Assembly (NCBI GenBank): GCA_937903605.1
Contig: CALCZC010000016.1
Span: forward strand, 3,183-67,182
Reading direction: 5' to 3'
Origin: an uncultured bacterium
GTDB lineage: Bacteria > Patescibacteriota > Patescibacteriia > Magasanikbacterales > GWA2-37-8
Length of the DNA: 64,000 nt
A program made the translations under genes and the position numbers. The notes beneath the pieces are model-generated. The model was given only the letters and a program-made list of their open reading frames with translations. It ran no database searches and was not told the DNA's origin. Shown here in pieces: positions 24,129 to 33,529 of the stretch (its first letter is position 1; every line of letters begins with the position of its first letter).

Positions 24129-25973
24129 GTGGCTAGTAAAACCGTTAGTATTAAATCGGTAACGCCTAAAGGCGACATAGAGACTGTCATTGGTCGCATG
24201 ACTGATATTGAAGTCACTCCGTCCATTAACTACTTAAATACACTAGATGATTTTAATTGTTCTATTACACAAGGAACATTTTCTGAACCTATAATCAGAA
24301 ACTGCATATTGCTCTCTAATAAATTATATCTTATGGGTGGCGTTTCATCTACTGTTATTGATTTACAAGTTACAATGGCAAATACGATAATGGAAATTGA
24401 AACTGATAATGAAGAACTCAATAAGATAATGGCTCATATTATGGATTGGGTTAATTATAATAATCCAAGAACTATGATGGGCCGTAGACAATTGCATGAA
24501 GAAATGTTTTTAGGATTGCTCCTTGATGGTAATGTGTTTCCATATGAATATTGGGAAACGAGGAAAATAAAAGGCAAATCCTATTTCTTGCCGATGGGAA
24601 TTATGCCTCTTAATCCGCTTTCAATTTCGATCAAACCCACTAAAGATTTAATGGGCGAGATAGTTACATATAGAAACGGATATAATAATTATTTAGGCAA
24701 TTCAAATATCAATAAAAGTTCAGAAGGCGAACAGATTATACGCAAGATGAATATGCACAGAATAACTCGCCGTGGCAGACAGTATTTTTTTTGGGGAGTC
24801 CCCTTTTTAACGAGAGCATTTCCCGCGCTTGCTGCTAAAGAAAGATTGAAACAATTAGATGAATTTACAACTCAAGGATTAATTTCTTTGATAACGATAT
24901 TTTCGCTTTATGATGATAAAGCTGGCACTGTAGCTGATTCACAAGTAGTAAACGCATTTGCGAATATGTTAGATGGTCGTCCTGGACAGGCAAGGTATTT
25001 AACTTGGGGCGGTCAGGTGAAGATGATACAGGCTGGCCCTAATGGAGAGATACTTAAGTATGATGAAAAGTATCATAGCAAAGATAAGGACATAGCAGAG
25101 GCATTGGGTTGCCCTATGTTTTTGGTTAATGGTCAGCTTCAAGGCGGCACTAATGGCGCTGATTATTCGGTTAAGCCGTTTAAGACTAATCTTGAAGACT
25201 GCCAGAATAATATAGGTGACTGGTGGAAGTATTTAACTTATAAGATCGCAGAGTTAAACAATCTTGAAGTTAATATGGTTGAATATAGATTCTCCGCCGT
25301 TAACCTTGATAACGATGCAGTATTAATTAGTAAAATTGATAATATGCGCGACCGCGGATTGCTTTCAGATACAAGTGCTGCTCTTAAACTTGGAGTAAGT
25401 TCCAAATTGGAACAGGCTCTTGTAAGTAAAGAAAGAAAAGAACAGGAAGATAACGAAGATTATAAATTTGGAACTCCGCCTCCTGTGCCGTTCCAAGGCC
25501 CAACTGCTGCCGGGAATCCAACACAGACAACCAAGAATGGTGGCAATGGCAGACCTAAAGCAACTGAACCAACGCAGACAAAAGATAAAGTACAGAAGCA
25601 GAATGAAAGCCAGAAACGTAAAGTTGACGTTAAAGCTAACTTAATGGAAATATCTACTGATTTAGTAGAAGCAATGCTTAATAATATTTCGCAGAGTGAC
25701 GATGTGCAGAAGAAATTGGAATTTCCATTAATAACTGCTTGCCAAGTGGCTAATTTATTTTGTTCTAAAATATCTGACGAGATTGATTCTCCTAAAGAGT
25801 TTTTTGAAGTAGCAATGGCAAAATGCAATGAGTTCTCGATTGATATACAACAAGATATAATCGCAGGATCTGTTTCTAAAGATAAAGTAAACAATATGAC
25901 CTCTGCGCTTGTTGATGATTTATATACTAAATACTTGGCCAAATTAATAGGCCATACCGTGGAGGTCAAATAA
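24129..25973 (+). CDS. portal protein
   Basis: Follows terL; LLLDGNVF, PLNP, WGVPFL motifs and G.NGRPK tail; GTG start with GGAGG SD. Confidence 0.85.
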   Translation: MASKTVSIKSVTPKGDIETVIGRMTDIEVTPSINYLNTLDDFNCSITQGTFSEPIIRNCILLSNKLYLMGGVSSTVIDLQVTMANTIMEIETDNEELNKIMAHIMDWVNYNNPRTMMGRRQLHEEMFLGLLLDGNVFPYEYWETRKIKGKSYFLPMGIMPLNPLSISIKPTKDLMGEIVTYRNGYNNYLGNSNINKSSEGEQIIRKMNMHRITRRGRQYFFWGVPFLTRAFPALAAKERLKQLDEFTTQGLISLITIFSLYDDKAGTVADSQVVNAFANMLDGRPGQARYLTWGGQVKMIQAGPNGEILKYDEKYHSKDKDIAEALGCPMFLVNGQLQGGTNGADYSVKPFKTNLEDCQNNIGDWWKYLTYKIAELNNLEVNMVEYRFSAVNLDNDAVLISKIDNMRDRGLLSDTSAALKLGVSSKLEQALVSKERKEQEDNEDYKFGTPPPVPFQGPTAAGNPTQTTKNGGNGRPKATEPTQTKDKVQKQNESQKRKVDVKANLMEISTDLVEAMLNNISQSDDVQKKLEFPLITACQVANLFCSKISDEIDSPKEFFEVAMAKCNEFSIDIQQDIIAGSVSKDKVNNMTSALVDDLYTKYLAKLIGHTVEVK

Positions 25974-26131
25974 TGCCGGCGATTGTTAAAACTAAAGAAG
26001 ACGAAAAGAAATGGCAAGAGGCCAAAGATAGCATTATAAAACAGTATCCAGATAGAAAATTAGAAACATTGTATCCATTGATTATGGATTTATTTATGAA
26101 GATGACAAAAAAGGACAAGGAGAAGAAGTAA
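25973..26131 (+). CDS. 52-aa head-region protein (MPAIVKTKEDEKKWQEAK...)
   Basis: Manual translation; GGAGG SD; TAATG coupling on both sides. Confidence 0.7.
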   Translation: MPAIVKTKEDEKKWQEAKDSIIKQYPDRKLETLYPLIMDLFMKMTKKDKEKK

Positions 26132-27021
26132 TGAAGATAGATTTCGAAAATTATGAAATAACTGTTGCAGACGGCCTTGGCGTCATATATGCATCTGAGG
26201 ATATTAAGGCTAAATGCAAAGAATGGCTTAAAGGCAAATGCAAAGATAAAGCCAAACGGATGATTGAAGAAAAAAATGCTGAAGTCCCGAAGGATATTTT
26301 AGACCATATGTCGGCACTTAAAGATGAAGATTGGGATGAAATGAGCAAGGCTAATATCTTTATGTTTAAGCCTTATGATGAAACCGAAATGCAATCTATG
26401 GATGAAATGATGGAACAAGTTAGCTGGGGCTTTAATCCTGTTGTTGGCGCATTTACGGTTGGTCATTCGTTACTTAAATTTGGAGACAAGAATCTTAATC
26501 AAGACATTATCCCTGTTGATAAAGCCGACTATTATACAAAAGCAGTGTGTGGCCAAGCTTGCACTTGGGAACACGAGATGGATATATTGATCGGTGCTGT
26601 TATGAATGCAACGACACATTATCCTTCTGGAACACTTTTGATGAATACAAGGTTTTGGGAAGCAAGGCCCGAATCGGCTGGATTTGTAGAAGAAGTTAGA
26701 AAAAGATATGCAAATAAAGATTTGAAATTTAGTTTTGAAGTTATGACGGCAAAGGTGGCTTGCTCTAGTTGTGGAAATGAATATCCCGCAAGAGTCGCTG
26801 GAAAAACAGACCATTATTGTTCATGCTTGAAGTCTCGTTTCGAGGCTGGGTCACAAGTAGGAAGAATTATGGTGGATTTTATTCCAATCGGTGAAGGCGT
26901 TGTAAGCACTCCCGCATTTAGTGGAAGCAAAGCATTAATCGCGGCCAATAAGACAGAAGTTGCGCGTTTAGCGCAAGCAGTTAACGAACTGAATAACTTA
27001 CTTAAATCTAAAATAAGATAA
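26131..27021 (+). CDS. putative prohead protease
   Basis: Position after portal; N.N.D, EH...IG, SFE, G.G.V..PAF motifs with an inserted CxxC. Confidence 0.7.
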   Translation: MKIDFENYEITVADGLGVIYASEDIKAKCKEWLKGKCKDKAKRMIEEKNAEVPKDILDHMSALKDEDWDEMSKANIFMFKPYDETEMQSMDEMMEQVSWGFNPVVGAFTVGHSLLKFGDKNLNQDIIPVDKADYYTKAVCGQACTWEHEMDILIGAVMNATTHYPSGTLLMNTRFWEARPESAGFVEEVRKRYANKDLKFSFEVMTAKVACSSCGNEYPARVAGKTDHYCSCLKSRFEAGSQVGRIMVDFIPIGEGVVSTPAFSGSKALIAANKTEVARLAQAVNELNNLLKSKIR

Positions 27022-27030
27022 GGTGATACA

Positions 27031-27621
27031 ATGGAAAACTTCGAAGAAATATTAGCTAAAATAGCAGAGAATACGAAGATGCTTGAAGGCAAAGTCGTCA
27101 TTGACCCCGTTGTTTTTGACGAACTTAAAGCTAGCAACGCAAAATCGATTGAAACTGTTACTGCTGCTAATGCAGAAATCGAAAAGTTGAAATCAGAACT
27201 TGAAACTGTGTCTGCTAAATGCGAAACATTCGAAACCGAAAAAGTTATAAGCGAATGCGTTGCATATGTAGAGAAAACGGAAAAAGAACTGGTTGAGGCT
27301 GCGGCTAAAGCAGAGGCAGAAAAGAATCGTAGAAAAGAAGAACTGACTAAGGCCGGCATTGCCGATGAAAAAATAATCGAAACGGCACTTACCGTTGACG
27401 AAAAAAGTTTTCAGGCAATTATCGCATCTGCTGTTAATGCAGTAGAAGTCGCCAAAGCGGCTGCGATTAAAGAGAAACAGGAAGAAATTAAAAAAGAGCA
27501 GGAAGCTATGGGCAAAACCGTGGCCAGTGCTGACGGAATAAGCGAAATGAATTTAGACAACAAACCGTTCTCTGAAAGACTCAGGACGGTTGTTAAAAAA
27601 ACCTATACTACTAAAAAGTAA
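27031..27621 (+). CDS. putative scaffolding protein
   Basis: A/E/K-rich coiled coil between protease and capsid. Confidence 0.65.
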   Translation: MENFEEILAKIAENTKMLEGKVVIDPVVFDELKASNAKSIETVTAANAEIEKLKSELETVSAKCETFETEKVISECVAYVEKTEKELVEAAAKAEAEKNRRKEELTKAGIADEKIIETALTVDEKSFQAIIASAVNAVEVAKAAAIKEKQEEIKKEQEAMGKTVASADGISEMNLDNKPFSERLRTVVKKTYTTKK

Positions 27622-27641
27622 ATGAAAGTGAGTGAGAAGTA

Positions 27642-28082
27642 ATGAGACTTTTAAACGAACCTAAAAATGAAAAAAGCGTTATAGCAGCTGGTGCTATGAT
27701 TTCTGGCGACTTTGTATATATCGACTCCAATGGCAAAGCCGCTCGCCCTACTGATGCAACGACCGCTGCAAAATCTACTTTTGTAGCCGTAAAGAATCCT
27801 GAATATTCGTGCCAGTATGCTGGTTTTTCGAATGTTATCTCCGCTGGCGACTATGTTCGCTTAGTAAATGGTTGCAAAGTTGAATTTAGCACCCCGAATC
27901 TTAACCTTGCAGATAACTTCGCATCGGCAACCAAAGGCGATTACCTTGGCATTACCAATTCCGGTAAAGTTGCTGCTGTTGACTCTTCGGCTGTTAATAC
28001 TACTACTTTCCTTCGTTTCGAATCGTTTGTTGGCGATACCAACTCTGGTATTCTGACTGCATTCGTAGACTACATGATATAA
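27642..28082 (+). CDS. putative head decoration/cement protein
   Basis: 146-aa beta-rich protein directly before the capsid gene. Confidence 0.6.
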   Translation: MRLLNEPKNEKSVIAAGAMISGDFVYIDSNGKAARPTDATTAAKSTFVAVKNPEYSCQYAGFSNVISAGDYVRLVNGCKVEFSTPNLNLADNFASATKGDYLGITNSGKVAAVDSSAVNTTTFLRFESFVGDTNSGILTAFVDYMI

Positions 28083-28113
28083 TGAATTAATTAATGAAAG
28101 TGAGTGAAATATA

Positions 28114-29034
28114 ATGAGAACCAATTACTTAACCAAAAGCGAAATCGCTAACGTAGAAAAAGTTATGGCGTCCCTTAAAAACGTCGTTAAAGACGCAGAT
28201 ACCGCTTCGTATGACGAACTGGTAAAAGCCGGCACGTTTGTAGTTAATGACTATATCGCAGAGAACCCCTCGCTGCTCGACCTTAGCTCGTTACTGTTTA
28301 ATCCTGGTCAGGTCAATGGCGACGTTCTTGATGTCGAAATCGGACATGGCGGCGTAGCGTACATGCATGCGATTGGTTCGCAGGCTGTACTGTCTCAGGC
28401 TTACATCGAAAGAGTTTCGACGAAAATGAACCGTTTTTCGTTCGCAAGCAAAATCGATGTTAACGCAGTTCGCACTCAGAATGTTGTAAAACTTCTGGAA
28501 GACGCTGCTGAAATCAGATTCAAACTTGGTCTGAAGAAATTCAGATACATATGGGACCTCGTAAAAGCTACGATAACCACTGGCGACCCGATATACATTT
28601 CGGCTGCTACCGTTAACAAAACTAACCTCGACTCGATAATGAACACTATGATGGACACTTCGGGTTCGGTTAAAGCGATAATCGGTCGCGAATCGCTTGT
28701 TACCCAGATAATGGGCTTCAGCGGATGGTCGGAAGTCACCCTGCGCGAAATCGAAACCGGCGTATTCGGTCAGTATCGTGGCGCTCGTCTCGTTGGTATC
28801 AAGAACTATGAAACCACCATCGTTGACGCAGCTGGCACCAAATTCGATACGGCTCAGATCCCTGCTGACCAGCTTATACTGCTCGGCGAAAAATGCGGTT
28901 ACGACGGCGAGAACCCCGTTCAGACGCTTGCTGGCACTGACGTTCTCCTCGGCGCAGAAGTAAAAAATACCTTCTTCGATTACGCTGCTATCATAGTAGA
29001 CGAAAAGAAGATAGGCGTTTACAACATCGCTTAA
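28114..29034 (+). CDS. major capsid protein
   Basis: Position, size, strongly biased high-expression codon usage (TTC, AAC, ATC, GCT); followed by a terminator. Confidence 0.8.
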   Translation: MRTNYLTKSEIANVEKVMASLKNVVKDADTASYDELVKAGTFVVNDYIAENPSLLDLSSLLFNPGQVNGDVLDVEIGHGGVAYMHAIGSQAVLSQAYIERVSTKMNRFSFASKIDVNAVRTQNVVKLLEDAAEIRFKLGLKKFRYIWDLVKATITTGDPIYISAATVNKTNLDSIMNTMMDTSGSVKAIIGRESLVTQIMGFSGWSEVTLREIETGVFGQYRGARLVGIKNYETTIVDAAGTKFDTAQIPADQLILLGEKCGYDGENPVQTLAGTDVLLGAEVKNTFFDYAAIIVDEKKIGVYNIA

Positions 29035-29065
29035 TTAACCTAACATAACGGACTCTATATCCGTA

Positions 29066-29102
29066 AAACGGCTCACAGACATATTTCTGTGGGCTGTTTT
29101 TA
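29066..29102 (+). terminator. intrinsic terminator after the capsid gene
   Basis: AAACGGCTCACAGA...TCTGTGGGCTGTTTTT. Confidence 0.8.
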
Positions 29103-29114
29103 TTTAGAATTATC

Positions 29115-29143
29115 TTGACATTTATTAAATTGTTTGATAGGAT
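29115..29143 (+). promoter_or_regulatory. sigmaA-type promoter
   Basis: TTGACA-17 nt-TAGGAT with extended -10 TG. Confidence 0.6.
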
Positions 29144-29183
29144 TGTATATGATAAAACAATTCACTTAAAGGAGTGTATCAAA

Positions 29184-29660
29184 ATGAGAGCATGGTCAGA
29201 TAGAAACCCCCATATAACTAAAGCACAGAAAAAATGGTATTTGTTTAATCCGGCGGCGGCAGAGCATGATATGATAGGTTTTGATAAGTTAGACGGACAG
29301 GGCAGTATAACTCTTGTGCCTGGCGATCTTATCGAACTAACTGAAATCGAGGTCGCGGCTAATATGCACCGTTCGATTATGAGAGATGGCACAGTAACTG
29401 TTATAGACGAGAAGAAGCTTAAACAGATGATGAATCCGACCTATAATGATGTTGCGGAAAATGTAGACTTCTCTGATGATAGTAATTTAGAAGCGCTTTT
29501 AATGTTAGACGATGTAGATTTTCTTAATAAAGTGGCTAATATTAAAAAGAAAACATTTCTCCGTAGAATCTATCAGATGATACAGGATGATAAATATAAA
29601 AAACTCTATAGTACGATTAAGCGCGTTAAGCAGTATGTGGATGAAGCGAAGGTGAGATAA
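29184..29660 (+). CDS. hypothetical post-capsid protein
   Basis: AAGGAG SD before ATG 29184. Confidence 0.7.
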   Translation: MRAWSDRNPHITKAQKKWYLFNPAAAEHDMIGFDKLDGQGSITLVPGDLIELTEIEVAANMHRSIMRDGTVTVIDEKKLKQMMNPTYNDVAENVDFSDDSNLEALLMLDDVDFLNKVANIKKKTFLRRIYQMIQDDKYKKLYSTIKRVKQYVDEAKVR

Positions 29661-29661
29661 C

Positions 29662-29844
29662 ATGGCTGGAGAATGGATTAAGGACGATAAATTCGTAAAA
29701 GAGAAATATGATACTACATCTAATACCAATAAACATTTTAAACAGATGTTTCCGACTTATGAATCGTTTTGTGAAAGTGTTCATCCCGCATTAAAGAAAC
29801 AGGAATCAGCGCCAGCAAATAAAGAGGGTGGAGATAAACAGTAG
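29662..29844 (+). CDS. small protein whose C terminus is altered by IS insertion
   Basis: ORF track; the pre-insertion allele would end ...EGGDNSGATDEKKN. Confidence 0.6.
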   Translation: MAGEWIKDDKFVKEKYDTTSNTNKHFKQMFPTYESFCESVHPALKKQESAPANKEGGDKQ

Positions 29845-29892
29845 ATAAATTAATGGACATAAATGAGTAATGAGTAATAAAGTGAGTATAAA

Positions 29893-31038
29893 ATGTTAAG
29901 AAGTTATAAAACAGAGATAAAGCCGTCAACAGAACAAAGAGAGAAAATAAATCGAACAATTGGAACGTGTCGATTCATTTATAACTTCTTTATAAAACAT
30001 AATAAAGAGCAATATCTTCAAACAAAGAAATTTGTTACCGGATATGATTTCTCAAAATATCTCAATAACGAGTTCATTCCTAACAATCCAGACTTTAAGT
30101 GGATAAAGGAAGTAAGTTCAAAAGCAGTAAAGCAATCGATAATGAATGCAGAACAGTCGTTTAAAAACTTCTTTAAAACGAAAAAAGGATTCCCTAAATT
30201 TAAAAAGAAACATAACTCGATAGTTAAAGTTTATCTTCCTAAAAATAGTGATACTGATTTGTTAGTTGAACGTCATAGAGTTAAAGTTCCAACGTTCGGA
30301 TGGATAAATTTAAAAGAAAAAGGATACATTCCAGTTGATAAGTTAGTTAAAAGTTGTCGTATCGAAAAGAAAGCGAATCGTTACTTCATCTCTGTACTTG
30401 TCGAAACGGGAGTTGAAATCAATTCCTCAAGCAATTCACTGAAGGGCATTGGAATCGATTTAGGGTTGAAAACCTTCGTAACTGTAAGTAATGGAGAAAC
30501 TTTTCCAAATATAAATAAAACAAGAGAAGTTAAAAAATTAGAAAGGAGAATAAAGTCGGATCAAAGGAAATTATCAAGGAAATTGAAAAATAAAAAGAAA
30601 GGAGAGTCTACTAAGAATATAGATAAGCAAAGGTTAAGATTACAGATAGCACATCAGAAACTTACGAACAAGAGACATGATTACTTGAATAAAGTTGTCA
30701 GGTCACTGGCGATAACCAAGCCAGCATTTATAACAATCGAAGATTTGAATGTAAGTGGTATGATGAAAAATAGGCATTTATCTCGCAGTATTGCATCCAT
30801 GAATTTCAGTAGATTTCGTAATCTATTAACCCAAAGGAGTAAAGTTAATTCTTTTGAGTTACGAATAGCAGATAGATTCTTCCCTTCCAGCAAGAAATGT
30901 TGTCAGTGTGGCAATATAAAGAAGGCATTAAGTTTGGCAGAAAGAATTTATGTCTGTGAAATTTGTGGAAACGAAATTGATAGGGATTTAAATGCTGCAA
31001 AGAATCTTGAAAAATTAGAAGTTTATCGAGTCGCGTAG
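29893..31038 (+). CDS. tnpB: RNA-guided endonuclease TnpB
   Basis: RSYKTEIKP...RFIYN; RuvC GIDLG / IEDL / RDLNAA; CxxC-CxxC zinc finger. Confidence 0.95.
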   Translation: MLRSYKTEIKPSTEQREKINRTIGTCRFIYNFFIKHNKEQYLQTKKFVTGYDFSKYLNNEFIPNNPDFKWIKEVSSKAVKQSIMNAEQSFKNFFKTKKGFPKFKKKHNSIVKVYLPKNSDTDLLVERHRVKVPTFGWINLKEKGYIPVDKLVKSCRIEKKANRYFISVLVETGVEINSSSNSLKGIGIDLGLKTFVTVSNGETFPNINKTREVKKLERRIKSDQRKLSRKLKNKKKGESTKNIDKQRLRLQIAHQKLTNKRHDYLNKVVRSLAITKPAFITIEDLNVSGMMKNRHLSRSIASMNFSRFRNLLTQRSKVNSFELRIADRFFPSSKKCCQCGNIKKALSLAERIYVCEICGNEIDRDLNAAKNLEKLEVYRVA

Positions 31039-31190
31039 CGATAAGATAAGAATACGGTGGGCTACATCGGAATTTAAGTCTGTGGACTGTTAAAAACCGT
31101 AGTAGATGGAAGCGATTCTTTCGAGGCGGAACAGAATGAAGCAGAAAACAATCTTAATATATTCATTAGTGTCTATATTTTAAGTAGCAG
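31039..31190 (+). ncRNA. putative TnpB omegaRNA scaffold
   Basis: TACGGTGGGCTACATCGGAATTTAAGTCTGTGGA...GAATGAAGCAGAAA right-end pattern. Confidence 0.6.
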
Positions 31191-31196
31191 ATAATA

Positions 31197-32423
31197 GTGG
31201 AGCAACAGACGAAAAGAAAAACTAAAGTATTATATGTAGGCGATTATAACCGCCCTACGGGATTTGGAGAAGTAAGCAAGAACCTATTACATCGTTGGAT
31301 GAATGATGACGAATTTGAATTTACAGTATTAGCATGTAATTATAATGGGCAGTCACCTGTTTATCCGGCACATTTCCCTGTTTATGCTTGCCATAGCGAT
31401 TATGCATTAAATGAGATAGCGCATGTATTTGATATAGTACAGCCAGATATTCTTATTACACTTAATGACGGCTATGTAATGCCGAGTTACGTGCGACAGC
31501 TCGGAGCTCGCCTTAATAACTGTTGGTGGATTGGATATGTTGTCTTTGATGGCACTCCTATTGCAAGATGGAGAGAGGCGCTTAAGCATATTGACTTAGT
31601 AGTATTTCCGACAGAATGGCAAGCGCAGGAAATGGCTAAAGTTATGCCTGATTTTAAGTGCGCCGTAGTAAGTCATGGCGTTAATTTAGATGTTTACAAA
31701 CCCGTGGAAAAGACCGGGATTAAACAATATAAAATGGCAGCACTTGGCGAAAAGAATGCAGACGCTTTTATATTTGGCATGATAGCGAAGAACTTTGAAC
31801 GCAAGAGATATCCAGAATTAATACAGGCTTTCGCTATATTCAAGTATAAGAGTGGCATTGAATTTAAGCGCAATCCAATGCTGATGTTGTATCAGACAAC
31901 GGAGCGTGGAGAATTTAACCTTGAAAACCTTGCTAAAATAGCAGGATGTAAAGATGGAGATGTTGCGATTATAACGGCTCCAGATAATCAAGGATTAACA
32001 GACAATGAAATGAATTTACTCTATAATTCGTTTGATGTTAACTGCCTTATCTCGATTGGCGAAGGATTTGGGTTGCCTACAATTAATGCGGCGGCTTGTG
32101 GCAAGTTAACAATGGCCATGAATAACTCAGTTCAGCCGTCACTTGCTAAATACTTTCCTATGTATTTAGTCCCTTGTGATAATCAATCTCCTGTGTGGTT
32201 CGGAAAAGATATGGAACAGATTCGTTTTATTCCAGATTGCAAGAAACTTGCACAGGCAATGTGCGAAGTATATGTTAAGATGAACGAACCTGGCTTCGCT
32301 GAACAGATTGCTAAAGAGGCAATGACAAGTGCTAAAGAATTTACTTGGGATATTATGGCAGATGATTTCATGTCATTGGTGAAGCCTTATGTTGGACAAT
32401 CCAAGAAGGCCCAGGTGATTTAA
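31197..32423 (+). CDS. GT-B (GT4-like) glycosyltransferase
   Basis: TGFG N-terminal motif, HGV, N..RK, LYN.FDV...S.GEGFGLP. Confidence 0.9.
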   Translation: MEQQTKRKTKVLYVGDYNRPTGFGEVSKNLLHRWMNDDEFEFTVLACNYNGQSPVYPAHFPVYACHSDYALNEIAHVFDIVQPDILITLNDGYVMPSYVRQLGARLNNCWWIGYVVFDGTPIARWREALKHIDLVVFPTEWQAQEMAKVMPDFKCAVVSHGVNLDVYKPVEKTGIKQYKMAALGEKNADAFIFGMIAKNFERKRYPELIQAFAIFKYKSGIEFKRNPMLMLYQTTERGEFNLENLAKIAGCKDGDVAIITAPDNQGLTDNEMNLLYNSFDVNCLISIGEGFGLPTINAAACGKLTMAMNNSVQPSLAKYFPMYLVPCDNQSPVWFGKDMEQIRFIPDCKKLAQAMCEVYVKMNEPGFAEQIAKEAMTSAKEFTWDIMADDFMSLVKPYVGQSKKAQVI

Positions 32424-33529
32424 TGAATATACTTTGGATTTATGGACTCACTGAAAGCTCTGGATATGCAAGAAACTCAAGAGAGTTTATCAAGGCGCTC
32501 AATGCAAATGGCGTTACTACTAAGTTCTTAAGCCTTGGGCATAGCAAATACCCAGAGAAAGCAATAATGGGTAAATGGGAAGCGGAAACTGGTTATTCAT
32601 ATGATTTAGTAGTACAGAATTGTGTTCCTCCTGCGTTTAAAAAGTTCGGTAATAAAAAGAATATCTTAATGACCGTGGCAGAAACTGATAGCGTTTCTCA
32701 AGAATGGGTTAAATGCTGCAATACTGCGGATGAAGTATGGACTATGAGTTATTATAGTCAGGCAGCGTTTATTCATTCGGGAGTTACTGTTCCTGTAAGA
32801 GTCGTATTGATGCCGATTGATATTCAGGCGATACAAAGCGCCGGTCGTATTAAAAGCCCAGAGATAGCAGAGCAGCTTAATAAATTTAGAGCAAAATGTA
32901 GCTTTATTTTCATGGCAAATTCAGAATGGACTCCGCGCAAGGGATGGGACATCTTATTGCATTCTTTTTGTAAAGTATTCGCTCCATACGAAGACATCGG
33001 ATTAATGATTAAAACATGTTGTTTCTCTGGCGTTGAAACATCGCAATCTATGGCAAGATTAGTTAAACAGATTAAAGAGCAGTATGACGCGAAATGTCCT
33101 GTATTCATAATAAATGATGTTATGGATATTGAAGACGTATGGACGCTATATAAGTTCGCTGATGCGTTTGTATTGCCATCTCGTGGCGAGGGATGTGGTA
33201 TTCCATTTTTAGAAGCAATGTCCATGGGGTTGCCAACGGTAATGCCCTCTCACGGGGGTCAAGTGGACTATGCTAATGATATGCTTTGCACAAGGGTTAA
33301 GTCATATTTAAGGCCGGCCCATAGATTCCCTCATAATCCTAACTATGACGAAACAATGTTATGGATCGAGACGGACCAAAATGAGCTTTCAGATAAACTA
33401 ATGAGCGTTATAATGAATCATAATAAAGAAAGAAATGAGCTTGGCAGAGGTCAGTTCATAGAGACGTTTTCTTATGATGGAACTGCAATAAAAGATTTTA
33501 TCAAAATAGCGGAAGTGGTGATTAAATGA
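32423..33529 (+). CDS. GT-B (GT4-like) glycosyltransferase
   Basis: SGYA, ET, DEVW, RKGWDILL, DAFVLPSRGEG.G.PFLEAM. Confidence 0.9.
   Translation: MNILWIYGLTESSGYARNSREFIKALNANGVTTKFLSLGHSKYPEKAIMGKWEAETGYSYDLVVQNCVPPAFKKFGNKKNILMTVAETDSVSQEWVKCCNTADEVWTMSYYSQAAFIHSGVTVPVRVVLMPIDIQAIQSAGRIKSPEIAEQLNKFRAKCSFIFMANSEWTPRKGWDILLHSFCKVFAPYEDIGLMIKTCCFSGVETSQSMARLVKQIKEQYDAKCPVFIINDVMDIEDVWTLYKFADAFVLPSRGEGCGIPFLEAMSMGLPTVMPSHGGQVDYANDMLCTRVKSYLRPAHRFPHNPNYDETMLWIETDQNELSDKLMSVIMNHNKERNELGRGQFIETFSYDGTAIKDFIKIAEVVIK

Larger units (their letters stand above)
29834..31190 (+). mobile_element. non-autonomous IS607-type element (tnpB only)
   Basis: AG core (AGATAA microhomology) at both junctions; imperfect inverted subterminal motifs ATGGACATAAATGAGTA / TATTCATTAGTGTCTAT; right end TTTTAAGTAGCAG; no tnpA. 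Confidence 0.8.
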
